Source of the DNA: Candidatus Fraserbacteria bacterium
Lineage (GTDB): Bacteria; Bipolaricaulota; Bipolaricaulia; RBG-16-55-9; DRXL01
Direction: 5' to 3'
DNA: 64,000 nucleotides
Assembly: GCA_947085185.1 (NCBI GenBank)
Contig: CAMTVK010000003.1
Location: forward strand, 964-64,963
Positions 44,867-54,490 of this stretch are shown one piece after another; position 1 is the first letter of the stretch, and every line of letters begins with the position of its first letter. A program made the translations under genes and the position numbers. The notes beneath the pieces were generated by a model. The model was given only the letters and a program-made list of their open reading frames with translations, had not been told where the DNA came from and did not search any database.

Positions 44867-46227
44867 GGCAGGCTCCCCTCAGGGTATCGCCCCGTAAAGC
44901 ACGAGGTACAGAAGAGCTCAGGGTGCTCTACGCACCGCTGCAGCTCCTCTACCGTCAGATAGATCACGGAATCCGCCCCAATAAAGCGCGCGATCTCGCT
45001 CAGCGTCCGACTGGAAGCGACGAGCTCCTCTTTGGTAGGCATGTCAATCCCAAAATAACACGGCGAGATCAAGGGCGGCGACGCGATCCTCAGATGGACT
45101 TCTTTGGCGCCAAACTCTCGTAACACGTGGACGATCGCGCGCGAGGTCGTCCCCCGCACGATCGAGTCGTCTACGAGCGCAATGCGTCGGCCGTGCAACA
45201 CGTCACGCAAGGGCAGCAGCTTCATGCGCACTCTGTGAACGCGCGACTCTTGAGAGGGCTCGATGAAGCTCCGCCCGACATAGTGACTCCGGATGAGCCC
45301 AAACTCCAAGGGCTTCTGCAGCTCACGAGAGTACCCCAGCGCCGCCGGCAGCCCCGAATCGGGCACCGGCACGACAATATCGATCTCGTACGTCTCTTTC
45401 TGCGCCAGCAGCACCCCAGCAGCCTTGCGAAACTCATAGACGTTCTGCCCAAAGAGTTTACTATCGGGTCGGGCAAAATAAATAAGTTCAAAGACGCACT
45501 GGCGGCACGGGCGCTTTGGACCAAAACGCACCGATTGCATCCCGTCCCTATTGATAATCACGGCTTCGCCGGGCTCGATCTCGCGGAGGAACTGCGCCCC
45601 AACCATGTCCAACGCGGCCGTCTCCGAGGCGACACAGAAGTCAGCACCCCGCCGCCCCACCACCAACGGACGGAACCCAAAGGGATCGCGCGCCGCAATC
45701 AGATGCTCCCCGTCAATCATGACGAGCGCATACGCCCCCAGGGCCCTGTGAGCGATAAATTCTAATCTCTCGTGAGGGCTTGCCTTGGGGACTTGCGCGT
45801 ACAGATGGAGCAAGCTCTCCGTGTCTGAGGTGCTCTGAAACGAGACGCCCTTGGCGTGAAGCTCCGCTCTCAGCTGGGCAGCATTGGAGAGATTGCCGTT
45901 GTGAGCGAGCGCGATCCAGCGCCCTTCTCTGCGCACAATAAACGGCTGCGCGTTCTCTTGGCGGGCGCTCTCCCCGTGGGTCGAGTATCGGGTATGCGCG
46001 ATCCCCATGTGCCCTCGCAAGAGCTCCACCCGCCCCCGACTATAGACATCGGTGACGAGCCCCAGATCTTTGTAGCAGCGCAGCTCTCGTCCGTCGGAGA
46101 CCGCAAATCCTGCGGCCTCTTGACCGCGGTGCTGCACCGCGAAGATCCCCAGATACAGGGCCTCGGCGATCTCGTCCGACTCGCTGAAGATCGCAAAGAG
46201 CCCGCACTCTTCTTTGAGTTTCATCAT
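44836..46227 (-). CDS. purF: Amidophosphoribosyltransferase (with N-terminal propeptide before catalytic Cys)
   Basis: …EECGLFAIF… Ntn Cys, PRTase motif. Confidence 0.9.
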   Translation of the reverse strand: MMKLKEECGLFAIFSESDEIAEALYLGIFAVQHRGQEAAGFAVSDGRELRCYKDLGLVTDVYSRGRVELLRGHMGIAHTRYSTHGESARQENAQPFIVRREGRWIALAHNGNLSNAAQLRAELHAKGVSFQSTSDTESLLHLYAQVPKASPHERLEFIAHRALGAYALVMIDGEHLIAARDPFGFRPLVVGRRGADFCVASETAALDMVGAQFLREIEPGEAVIINRDGMQSVRFGPKRPCRQCVFELIYFARPDSKLFGQNVYEFRKAAGVLLAQKETYEIDIVVPVPDSGLPAALGYSRELQKPLEFGLIRSHYVGRSFIEPSQESRVHRVRMKLLPLRDVLHGRRIALVDDSIVRGTTSRAIVHVLREFGAKEVHLRIASPPLISPCYFGIDMPTKEELVASSRTLSEIARFIGADSVIYLTVEELQRCVEHPELFCTSCFTGRYPEGSLPCAIEMLEST

Positions 46228-48377
46228 ACGCTCTCTGGGAGCGCCGCCTCATAGATCCGATACAGCTCGGCGATCGAGACGCGCTCCCCACAGAACTCAA
46301 GGGAATCTCCCGACACAACCCCCACTCGCCGATAGGGCACCCCAAACTCCTCAAGCGTCTTGCGAAGCGGCGCTTCACATTCAGGCGCTACGGTGATGAC
46401 CAAGCGCGACGGCCACTCCCCAAAGAGAAATTCTTCACAAGAATCTCCCAGATCCAGACGCGCCCCCAACCCCCGCACAAATCCCTTCTCCGCCACAGCT
46501 ACACATAATCCCCCCTCCGAGACATCATGAGCGCTCGCTAAAATCTGGCGATCTGTGAGAGCCAGCATCGCGCGAAGCAGCCTGCGCTCAAGCTCTATGT
46601 CGGTCCTGTCTAAGTCCCCCCACCACGCCTTATAAAAGACTTTCATAAACTCACTGCCCCCAACATGCCCTCCCTCAAGCTGCCCAATGAGATAGATCAG
46701 ATCCCCCTCACGCTGAAACCCCATAGGCACCAGCTTCCCTAAGTCTTCTACAAGCCCCACCATCCCCACGATCGGCGTGGGATAGATCTGACGCTCTGCG
46801 GATTGATTGTAGAAACTCACATTTCCCGAGACAAACGGCAGCTCCAACGCTTGAGCGGCCTTGGCCATGCCGCGGATTGTCTGCTCGAACGACCAGAAGA
46901 CTTGTGGATCGGTGGGGTTGGCAAAATTGAGACAGTCCGTGATCCCCAGCGGCCGCGCCCCCACACTGATCAGGTTATGAACGGCTTCGCAGACCGCCCG
47001 AACGCCCCCTTCGTAGGGGTCTATCTGACAGAAGCGTCCGTTGCCCCCTATCGTGACGGCTATCCCAAATCGTTCGCCCTTCACCCGCAAGACCGCGGCA
47101 TCGTGCGATCCCGGACCGACGACGGTGTTGGTCTGCACCGTGTGATCGTATTGCTCAAAGATCCAGCGCTTCGAGGCGATCGTTGCCGATCGCAAGAGCT
47201 CTTTGAGCACGTCGCAACGTGCCCCTACACCCTGGCGCTTCATGGGCACGTTGCAACGTGCCCCTACACCCTGGCGCTTCATGGGCACGTCGCAACGTGC
47301 CCCTACTGGCGCCCCACCCACTAAGAGCTCTATGGGCACCTCCGCGATCGTCCGCCCCTCGTGACGAATTCTGTAGACCCGCTCGGCGATCACCTCCCCG
47401 ATCACCGCCGCCTCCAAGCCCCACTTGCGATAGACTTGCACGAATTTCTGTGCGCTCCCAGCTTGGACGCAGAGCACCATGCGCTCCTGCGACTCCGACA
47501 GAAGGATCTCAGAGGGGGTCATGGTGGGATCGCGCAGCGGGATCTCCTCCAGATCAAGGGCAATCCCCACTCCCCCTCGAGCGGCCATCTCCGCTGGGGC
47601 GGTCGCAAGCCCTCCCGCCCCTAAGTCTTGCAGCCCGATCAGCTCTGGAAATTGACAGACTTCTAACGTGGCTTCGATCAAAGACTTCCCCGTGAACGGA
47701 TCCCCCACTTGGACGTTGGGACGCTTCGCTTCGGTCTCCCCAATAAGATCTTGCGAAGCAAAAGTCGCCCCGTGGATCCCGTCACGTCCCGTGCGCGCCC
47801 CCACTAAGAGAATCTTATTGCCGACCCCACCGGCTCGTGCCCTCTTGAGCTCCGACTTCTTCAGCAGCCCCACACACATCACGTTGACCAGACAGTTCTC
47901 AGCGTAGGCCTCATCGAAAGCGACGTCGCCCCCCACCGTGGGCACCCCCACGCAATTCCCATAATGACTGATCCCCGCCACGACCCCCCTCAAGAGCCGC
48001 CGGGCATGAGCACCCTCCCCAAAGCGCAGAGAGTCTAACAGCGCTATGGGCCGCGCCCCCATGCTCAAAATATCTCGGATAATCCCACCAACCCCGGTCG
48101 CCGCCCCATGGAACGGCTCGACGGCCGAGGGATGATTGTGGCTCTCGACTTTGAACGCGACACACCACGTATTCTGGAGCTCAATCACCCCGGCGTTCTC
48201 CCCAGGCCCCGCTACCACGTGCTTGCCCGTCGTCGGCAAGAGTTTTAAGAGCCTCTTGGAGCTCTTGTAGCTACAGTGCTCCGACCAGTTGAGCTCAAAG
48301 AGCCCAAGCTCCAGCTCGTTGGGCCTACGCCCCAACGCCGCACAGATTCTCTGGTATTCCTCCGGAGAAAGCCTCAT
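46224..48377 (-). CDS. purL: Phosphoribosylformylglycinamidine synthase II
   Basis: Colinear PurL pattern; contains in-frame 13-aa tandem insert VGARC[DN]VPMKRQG x2.5. Confidence 0.9.
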   Translation of the reverse strand: MRLSPEEYQRICAALGRRPNELELGLFELNWSEHCSYKSSKRLLKLLPTTGKHVVAGPGENAGVIELQNTWCVAFKVESHNHPSAVEPFHGAATGVGGIIRDILSMGARPIALLDSLRFGEGAHARRLLRGVVAGISHYGNCVGVPTVGGDVAFDEAYAENCLVNVMCVGLLKKSELKRARAGGVGNKILLVGARTGRDGIHGATFASQDLIGETEAKRPNVQVGDPFTGKSLIEATLEVCQFPELIGLQDLGAGGLATAPAEMAARGGVGIALDLEEIPLRDPTMTPSEILLSESQERMVLCVQAGSAQKFVQVYRKWGLEAAVIGEVIAERVYRIRHEGRTIAEVPIELLVGGAPVGARCDVPMKRQGVGARCNVPMKRQGVGARCDVLKELLRSATIASKRWIFEQYDHTVQTNTVVGPGSHDAAVLRVKGERFGIAVTIGGNGRFCQIDPYEGGVRAVCEAVHNLISVGARPLGITDCLNFANPTDPQVFWSFEQTIRGMAKAAQALELPFVSGNVSFYNQSAERQIYPTPIVGMVGLVEDLGKLVPMGFQREGDLIYLIGQLEGGHVGGSEFMKVFYKAWWGDLDRTDIELERRLLRAMLALTDRQILASAHDVSEGGLCVAVAEKGFVRGLGARLDLGDSCEEFLFGEWPSRLVITVAPECEAPLRKTLEEFGVPYRRVGVVSGDSLEFCGERVSIAELYRIYEAALPESV
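47207..47306. repeat. 39-bp tandem repeat (2.5 copies) containing hairpin GGGCACGT-N4-ACGTGCCC, inserted in-frame in purL
   Basis: Seen directly; unit gcacgt[ct]gcaacgtgcccctacaccctggcgcttcatgg; same palindrome family at 53956-53998. Confidence 0.85.
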
Positions 48378-49039
48378 AGAGATGAAAGCACCGACTGAAA
48401 GAATCTCACCCCATCTCCAGACCCAAAGAGTTTTTCGCTGTTGCGCTCCGGATGGGGCATCATGCCAAAGACCGTCCCGGTCTTATCGCAGATCCCCGCG
48501 ATCTGCTCGAGGGAGCCGTTGGGGTTCTCCCCCTCATAGCGCAGCACGATCTGCCGATCTCTCTTGAGAGACTCGAGAGTCTCGGCAGACGCGACGTAGC
48601 GCCCCTCCCCGTGCGCGATGGGCAGTTCTACAATCTCCCCCAGCTGAAAGAGCCGGGTCAGCGCGGTCGCGTTGTTCTCGATGCGCACCTTCACGGTCTT
48701 ACAGAGAAATCTCTGCGAGAGGTTCTTGGTGAGCGCCCCAGGAAGCAACCGTGCTTCTGTGAGGATCTGGAAGCCGTTACAAATCCCAAGCACGATCCCG
48801 CGCCCCCTCTCGACATACTCCGGCAGGGCTTGCACGAGGGGAGCAAAGCGCGCGATCGCTCCCGCTCTCAGATAATCCCCATAGGAAAATCCCCCAGGAA
48901 GCACGATCAGACTATAGGGATCGAGATGCGTCTCGCGATACCACACCAAGTCCGTCTCGACCCCCAAGAGCTCCTTGAGCACATAGTACGTATCGTGATC
49001 GCAGGTGGAGCCGGGAAAGACCACGACGGCCGCACGCAT
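48374..49039 (-). CDS. purQ: Phosphoribosylformylglycinamidine synthase I (glutaminase)
   Basis: GATase1 triad region (GICNGFQ…HPE). Confidence 0.9.
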   Translation of the reverse strand: MRAAVVVFPGSTCDHDTYYVLKELLGVETDLVWYRETHLDPYSLIVLPGGFSYGDYLRAGAIARFAPLVQALPEYVERGRGIVLGICNGFQILTEARLLPGALTKNLSQRFLCKTVKVRIENNATALTRLFQLGEIVELPIAHGEGRYVASAETLESLKRDRQIVLRYEGENPNGSLEQIAGICDKTGTVFGMMPHPERNSEKLFGSGDGVRFFQSVLSSL

Positions 49040-49290
49040 CAGAGTTCCTCCAGCTCGAGGGAGTATCTTTCGATGACGGGGTTGGCCAAGAATTTCCGGG
49101 CGACTTCGTCGACCCGTGCGCGGGCTTGCTGGGCAGAGAGCGCTTTCACTCTCAATGTGATATACTTTCCCACGCGCGTCCCTTGGGCGCTCAGCCCAAG
49201 CTCCGCAAGTGCGCGCTCTACTGCTTGTCCTTGGGGGTCGAGGAGTTCGGGTTTAGGCTCGACCAAGACTCTTACGAGAAATTCTTTCAT
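49039..49290 (-). CDS. purS: Phosphoribosylformylglycinamidine synthase subunit PurS
   Basis: 83 aa, PurS-like, between purC and purQ. Confidence 0.85.
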   Translation of the reverse strand: MKEFLVRVLVEPKPELLDPQGQAVERALAELGLSAQGTRVGKYITLRVKALSAQQARARVDEVARKFLANPVIERYSLELEEL

Positions 49291-49988
49291 AGGAGTCCCA
49301 TGCGTCGTGCGACTTCTCTATAAGTTGCGAGCAGATCGGCCTTGTCCTCGCGGAACACATCTTTATCGAGGCTGGCACCGGTGTGGGCATCCCAGAGCCT
49401 CATGGTGTCGGGGCTGAGCTCGTCGGCCAGCAGGATCTCCCCGGAGGGGGCGCGCCCAAACTCAAATTTGATATCGACGAGCGTCAGCCCCAGCGAAGCA
49501 AAATATTCTTGTAAGATCCCGTGAGCGCGCAGGGCGTGCTCTCTGACGAGCGCGAGTTCCTGTGGGGTAGCCAGTCCCATGGCCAGGGCGTGGGCCTCAC
49601 AGATGAGGGGATCTCCCAGGGGATCGGACTTATAGAAGAGCTCGAGCAGAGGGGGCTGGAGCGGCGTTCCGCGGGGGATTCCCAAGCGTTTGACGAGGGA
49701 GCCTGCGGCGCAGGAGCGGACGACGACTTCCAGGGGGATGATGTGCACGGCATGGGCGAGGAAGCTTGTGTCGTCGAGTTGTTTGATATAGTGTGAGGGG
49801 AGATTGTGTGTCCGAAGCAGCTCGAAGAGCTTTATAGAGATGTGTGCGGCCAGAGCGCCTTTGCCGAAGATTTCGGCGCGTTTTTTGCCGTTGCCGGCGG
49901 TGACGGAGTCGGTGAAGCGCACGATAAGAGTCTTGGGGTCTTCTGTGGCGAGGATCTGTTTGGCTTTGCCTTGGTAGAGGAGCTGCAT
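49287..49988 (-). CDS. purC: SAICAR synthetase
   Basis: MQLLYQGKAK…SAICAR synthase pattern. Confidence 0.9.
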   Translation of the reverse strand: MQLLYQGKAKQILATEDPKTLIVRFTDSVTAGNGKKRAEIFGKGALAAHISIKLFELLRTHNLPSHYIKQLDDTSFLAHAVHIIPLEVVVRSCAAGSLVKRLGIPRGTPLQPPLLELFYKSDPLGDPLICEAHALAMGLATPQELALVREHALRAHGILQEYFASLGLTLVDIKFEFGRAPSGEILLADELSPDTMRLWDAHTGASLDKDVFREDKADLLATYREVARRMGLL

Positions 49989-50021
49989 AGCGCCTTATGA
50001 TATCAGGTGGGGGGAGTCGTT

Positions 50022-53000
50022 TCAAGCGGTGAGGGATTCCGTGAGGATCTCGCGGTAAATGGGGATGTTCAAGAACGAGGAGCGCAGGGAGGGATCAGTG
50101 ACCTGAGCTGCTGTTTTTTGGAGCTCGTCCACTGCTGCGTGCAGGGCATCAAGAGCTTCGGGGTGGCTGAGGGCTTTCAGGGCACGATACTTCAGATAGT
50201 GAGCACGGATGACGAGCTCCCCGCCCCAGCTGTGTTGTGTGATCAGCTCCAGTGCTGCTTGGGCAGCACTCCAAGCGCTCTGGGCATCATGGCACGCGAG
50301 ATGTGCTGCGCTTTGAGCGAGATAGACGCGCGCTGTCAGGTACGACCAGTCAAGCTGGTGACTCAACTGGAGTGCCAGCTGAAGTTTCTGTAAGGATTTT
50401 TCGAGATCTCCAACATCGAGCAGGGTTTGAGCCATCTCGAGCAAACATTCTCCCTCTTCAGCGTGAGCTTTTATAGCGTAGGCATTCTCTAAAGCTTGCT
50501 TCAGATACTTTTGGGCGCGCTGGGGGTCGCCCAGCTCTCGGTACGTGGCGCCGAGCCACCGCTGCATCATGCATTGTCCAAATCGGTCTTCAAGGGAGCT
50601 GAAGATCTGATATGCTTCTTGGCTGAGCTTGAGGGCTTCGCTCCAGCGTCCCAGGAGCCGATATGTCTGGGCGAGATTGCAGAGGCTAAATCCCAGACCA
50701 AGGCGGTCGCCTGTAGTTCTATCTATCGCACAGGCTTGCTCCAAATGGCTGAGCGCCTGCTGGTACTCCCCCAGATAGCGCCGTGCGGCCCCCATGTTGT
50801 TCAAAACGGCACTGACTTTCTTCTGCTCCTGAAGCTCACGATACAGCTTGAGCGACATCTCATAGTGCTCAAGCGCTCGGCGATAATCTCCCAGCTTGAC
50901 TAGGGCATTTGCGCAATCATTCCACGCATGGGCTTCTTTGAGTCGGTCACATGTACGAAAGATTTCGAGAGCCTGCTGATAGTATTGCAACGCGGCCCTG
51001 TAGTCGCCCATGCGAAAGTGAATAAGCCCGATTTGATCTAAGATCACAGCTTGGAGTGTGGAGTTGCTGTCGCTGAGCCTATAAGCTTCCTGAGCGTACT
51101 GGAGCGCTTGGTGGTAGTGCGCTGCGCGGATGTGCCACAGGGCTTGCCAGTGAAGTGCTTTCGCTTGATGGAGAATATCTAATCTCCCAGCGAGCGATAG
51201 CAAGCCCTCAAGGTTTTCTTGGGCTGCCTTAAGCTGGCTCCCTTTAAGCTGAAGATCCAAGCGTTCGAGAATCAGATCAAATTCCTTTTCCAGCCGTTCT
51301 CGCTCAGAAAGCCGGCCTGCCAGTTTTTGTAACAATCGCAGCCCTTGCTCAACCAGTTGGAGTCCTTCTTCTAAATGATAGCGTCTCCCATAGTCATTGA
51401 TTGCCTTGAACGTCCACTCCAAAGCGTGCACGAGCTGCCCACCCTGCTCATAGTGCTCCGCCAGCCGTCCGGCCATGCCCGCAGCTTGAGGGTCCACATA
51501 CACACGCGCGATCGCCTGCGCCAGCCGACGGTGCCACCATATCTTTTGGGGAGCCTCAAGCTGTTTGGACATAACCTCCCGGAATTTGTCGTGCGCGAAC
51601 TCGTACCGCCCCCCACGCTCCACCACAAGCCCTTGCGCACCTAACTCCCCCAGATGCACCAAGAGCTCCTCGGCTGTGCCATCCCAAGCGCTCTCTAAGA
51701 CCTCAAGTTCAGCATGCACCGCGCACGAGAGAAGCTGCAACACCCGCTGAGCCGCTGAGCTTATCCGCTTCACCCGACGCTCCAAAAGCTGCATTGCTGC
51801 AGAAGCCAACTCGATCTGCGATGGGGCCACCACACGCCACTTGGACCCCTCCCGCACAAAGGCCCCGTTCTCAAAGAGCGCCTCCAGCGCCGCTATACAA
51901 AAGAGCGGATTGCCTAGGCTCTCTTGATAGAGTCGCTCCCTAAAGTCTGCCGTCGCCTCCAGAGCCAAACTCTTCACGAACTCTCCCAGCTCTTGCTCGC
52001 TCCATCTTCCCAGGGGGATCTCCTCAAAAATCCCCAAGCGCAGCGCATGATGCCGCACCCGCTCCAGACGATCCCCCAGCTCCTCCAAGCGCGCTGCCCC
52101 AAGAATCAAGAGAGGGGCGTGCGCGCATCGCTCCAAGAGAAACAAGAGAAGATCGAGCGAGCTGAGATCGGCCCACTGCAAGTCATCAAGCATCACCACG
52201 AGTGGGGCGCGATGTGCCAGCGCACATACCATCTGAGAGAGCGTCTCGAAGAGCCGATACTGGCGGAAATCCGGAGGAAGCGCCACCGCCGAGACCCCCT
52301 CACAGAGACGACGCAGCTCGGGCATGATCTCTGCAAGCTCCGCCACCCATGCCAGCGGAACGTTCACCAGATCGGCTCTGCTTAAAAGTGAGATCCCCTC
52401 GCGGAGAGCCTCCCCCCACAGATGCAACGGCATGGGGCTCTCCAGCTCGTAGCACCTCCCATAGAGAGTCTGGACTCCCGCGTGCTCGCGCGCATAGCTG
52501 AGAAATTCTTCCCCAAGACGCGTCTTGCCCACCCCAGCCTCGCCCACAAGCAGCACCAAGCGGGCAGAGCCCGCCCGGGCGCGCTCTAAAGCCCTACATA
52601 AACGCCCCCATTCGATATGGCGCCCCACAAACGGGAGGCGTCGCGCCGCAAACGTCGAGGGCTTCTTGGGCTTGGGATAGACCCGCTCCCAGTCGGGAGC
52701 TCTCTCACTTTGAATCTGTCTATAGATCTCTTCTGTGTGCGACGACGGCCGCTCCCCAAGCTCCCTCTCTAAGACGGCTCGGCACCGCTCATATGCCGAA
52801 ACTGCCCGCCCCCTATCCCCCGCACAGAACGCATAGACCATCACCTGGCGATAGAGCGTCTCCTGCAAGGGGGATTCGCTCACGGCTCGCTCCAGACAAG
52901 ACAAAGCCCTGCGATACTCCCCGCGCCGCGCCAGACAATCCGCAAGCAGACTCAAGACCTCAACAAAGCGCTCGCGCCAGCGCTCTCGCGGCAGGTGCGC

Positions 53001-53519
53001 CCATTCTTCATAGCGATCTTCACTCAAATACTCCCCACGATAGAGCGCCACGGCCCTCTCAAACGAACGGAGCGCTTCCTCGAACTTCCCCGCGCTATGG
53101 GCGCGCCGCCCCGCCTCTTCGAGCTTGGAAAACTCTTCAGCATCTATCCAACAATCACTCGCCTCAGAGAAGAGATAGCCCCCGCGCTGCGTGAGAATAT
53201 AGCGTGACTGCTCCCCGCGTCCCGGCTCTAAGATCTTTCTCAGTTCGGCGACACGGCTTCTCAGATTGGACGCGGCGCTACGCAAAGACAGCCCTTCCCC
53301 AGGCCACAGATACTCGATCAACTCGTCGGCAGAGAAGACCCGGCCACGCTCGCCCGCGAGAATCTTTAAGAGTGCCAGAGTCTTGGCGTTCCTCCAAGAC
53401 CCCACAAGCTCCCCATCACGAAAGACTGCAAAATTGCCGAAGAAGAAAATTTTTACCCCATAGGAGTGCCTGCTATTGTAGCCCCCAGACAAGGGGGGTG
53501 CAAAGTGCCCACTTTGCAC
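50022..53519 (-). CDS. STAND-type transcriptional regulator: OmpR-like winged helix + BTAD (SARP/AfsR) + NB-ARC/AAA ATPase + TPR repeats (1165 aa)
   Basis: Winged-helix and BTAD pattern at N-terminus, Walker A GEAGVGKT, extended TPR array; GTG start at 53519. Confidence 0.8.
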   Translation of the reverse strand: MQSGHFAPPLSGGYNSRHSYGVKIFFFGNFAVFRDGELVGSWRNAKTLALLKILAGERGRVFSADELIEYLWPGEGLSLRSAASNLRSRVAELRKILEPGRGEQSRYILTQRGGYLFSEASDCWIDAEEFSKLEEAGRRAHSAGKFEEALRSFERAVALYRGEYLSEDRYEEWAHLPRERWRERFVEVLSLLADCLARRGEYRRALSCLERAVSESPLQETLYRQVMVYAFCAGDRGRAVSAYERCRAVLERELGERPSSHTEEIYRQIQSERAPDWERVYPKPKKPSTFAARRLPFVGRHIEWGRLCRALERARAGSARLVLLVGEAGVGKTRLGEEFLSYAREHAGVQTLYGRCYELESPMPLHLWGEALREGISLLSRADLVNVPLAWVAELAEIMPELRRLCEGVSAVALPPDFRQYRLFETLSQMVCALAHRAPLVVMLDDLQWADLSSLDLLLFLLERCAHAPLLILGAARLEELGDRLERVRHHALRLGIFEEIPLGRWSEQELGEFVKSLALEATADFRERLYQESLGNPLFCIAALEALFENGAFVREGSKWRVVAPSQIELASAAMQLLERRVKRISSAAQRVLQLLSCAVHAELEVLESAWDGTAEELLVHLGELGAQGLVVERGGRYEFAHDKFREVMSKQLEAPQKIWWHRRLAQAIARVYVDPQAAGMAGRLAEHYEQGGQLVHALEWTFKAINDYGRRYHLEEGLQLVEQGLRLLQKLAGRLSERERLEKEFDLILERLDLQLKGSQLKAAQENLEGLLSLAGRLDILHQAKALHWQALWHIRAAHYHQALQYAQEAYRLSDSNSTLQAVILDQIGLIHFRMGDYRAALQYYQQALEIFRTCDRLKEAHAWNDCANALVKLGDYRRALEHYEMSLKLYRELQEQKKVSAVLNNMGAARRYLGEYQQALSHLEQACAIDRTTGDRLGLGFSLCNLAQTYRLLGRWSEALKLSQEAYQIFSSLEDRFGQCMMQRWLGATYRELGDPQRAQKYLKQALENAYAIKAHAEEGECLLEMAQTLLDVGDLEKSLQKLQLALQLSHQLDWSYLTARVYLAQSAAHLACHDAQSAWSAAQAALELITQHSWGGELVIRAHYLKYRALKALSHPEALDALHAAVDELQKTAAQVTDPSLRSSFLNIPIYREILTESLTA

Positions 53520-53589
53520 GAGCTTTGCAAGGGGCTGCTAGACTCCAGCCGTCGAACACCACAACACACAAAAGAAGGAGGCGATCAGC

Positions 53590-53943
53590 ATGTTCGACAG
53601 AGTGAAGGTCGTGCGGACGGTCGTAGCGGTTCTGGCCCTGATGGTCGTGGGGACGGTCTTGGTGGGGACGGCGCAGCAGCCGACAAACCCCGCGGATATC
53701 GCGAGCGCGCTCGTAGCATACTATAAGATCGGCAACCGGCCCACCAGCATCACCGCAGCGGAACTCGATCAGCGCATCGCGTACTTCCCAGACTTTGGAG
53801 ATGGCACGATCGAAGCGATGAAGAAGGCTGCCCCGATCGAGACCGTCAGCAAGCTTGTCAATCTCAAAAACAGCAAGGGCAAAAACTTGCTCTCGCAAAA
53901 GCAGATCATTCTGCTCTTGACGTTCTATAACTTAAAGCCGTAG
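53590..53943 (+). CDS. Small secreted/membrane-anchored hypothetical protein
   Basis: AAGGAGG RBS, signal/TM segment VVAVLALMVVGTVLVG. Confidence 0.6.
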   Translation: MFDRVKVVRTVVAVLALMVVGTVLVGTAQQPTNPADIASALVAYYKIGNRPTSITAAELDQRIAYFPDFGDGTIEAMKKAAPIETVSKLVNLKNSKGKNLLSQKQIILLLTFYNLKP

Positions 53944-53955
53944 GCCGGGCCACGC

Positions 53956-53998
53956 GTAGGGGCACGTCGCGTAGGGGCACGTCGCAACGTGCCCCTAC
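53956..53998. repeat. Palindromic repeat element GTAGGGGCACGTCGC(x2)-AACGTGCCCCTAC; 12-bp stem hairpin, likely bidirectional terminator
   Basis: Seen between convergent genes; overlaps stop codon of 53995-54480 gene; related to purL insert. Confidence 0.65.
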
Positions 53999-54480
53999 GC
54001 CCGCACAAACCGCACCCGCCCGTCAGCACCCTTCTCCGCATAGTACGCTTCTACAGCAATGGGCAGCCCCAGACCCCGCAGCGCCTGCACGATCTGTCGC
54101 AAGTCCTCCCGCTGCCGTTCCTTGAGAGAACCACCCACCCCAAACCTCTGCAAGAACTGCGGGACGAACCGCTCGTCACTATACCAAGCACAGTCCTCGT
54201 GCGCGATCGCGATGACCCTCTGGAGCCTGTGGCGCTCGACTAAGAACTTCACCCAGCGCTGTCCAACCCACGCGAACTTGGGCAAGTACTCGGTCAGTAA
54301 CAGAAACTGCGGCCCACCAGGAACAGCTAACAGATCATACGCCCCCTTCTGGAGCCCCAGCCCCTTCTCTAAGAACTCCTGAGTGTAGGGCAAGAACGCA
54401 TTGCTGGAACACGCGATCACCAACACGGTGCTCTGGTGCTCCACAAACGGCGTCTGCACAGTGTAGACAGATTCTGCCAT
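53995..54480 (-). CDS. Hypothetical protein (161 aa), weak beta-carbonic-anhydrase-like Cys…HxxC pattern
   Basis: VLVIACSS… and IAHEDCAW motifs; otherwise unrecognised. Confidence 0.5.
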   Translation of the reverse strand: MAESVYTVQTPFVEHQSTVLVIACSSNAFLPYTQEFLEKGLGLQKGAYDLLAVPGGPQFLLLTEYLPKFAWVGQRWVKFLVERHRLQRVIAIAHEDCAWYSDERFVPQFLQRFGVGGSLKERQREDLRQIVQALRGLGLPIAVEAYYAEKGADGRVRFVRA

Positions 54481-54490
54481 CGGCGCTCCT

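Noticed and set aside
47207-47306. Possible CRISPR array from the repeated units
   Set aside because: Only about 2.5 copies are present and there are no unique spacers. The units are in-frame coding and palindromic, so this is a REP-like repeat and not CRISPR.
50022-53519. Antiviral STAND (Avs) identity for the large NTPase
   Set aside because: The N-terminus is a classic OmpR-type winged helix plus BTAD (an AfsR-like regulator), not a nuclease or protease effector.
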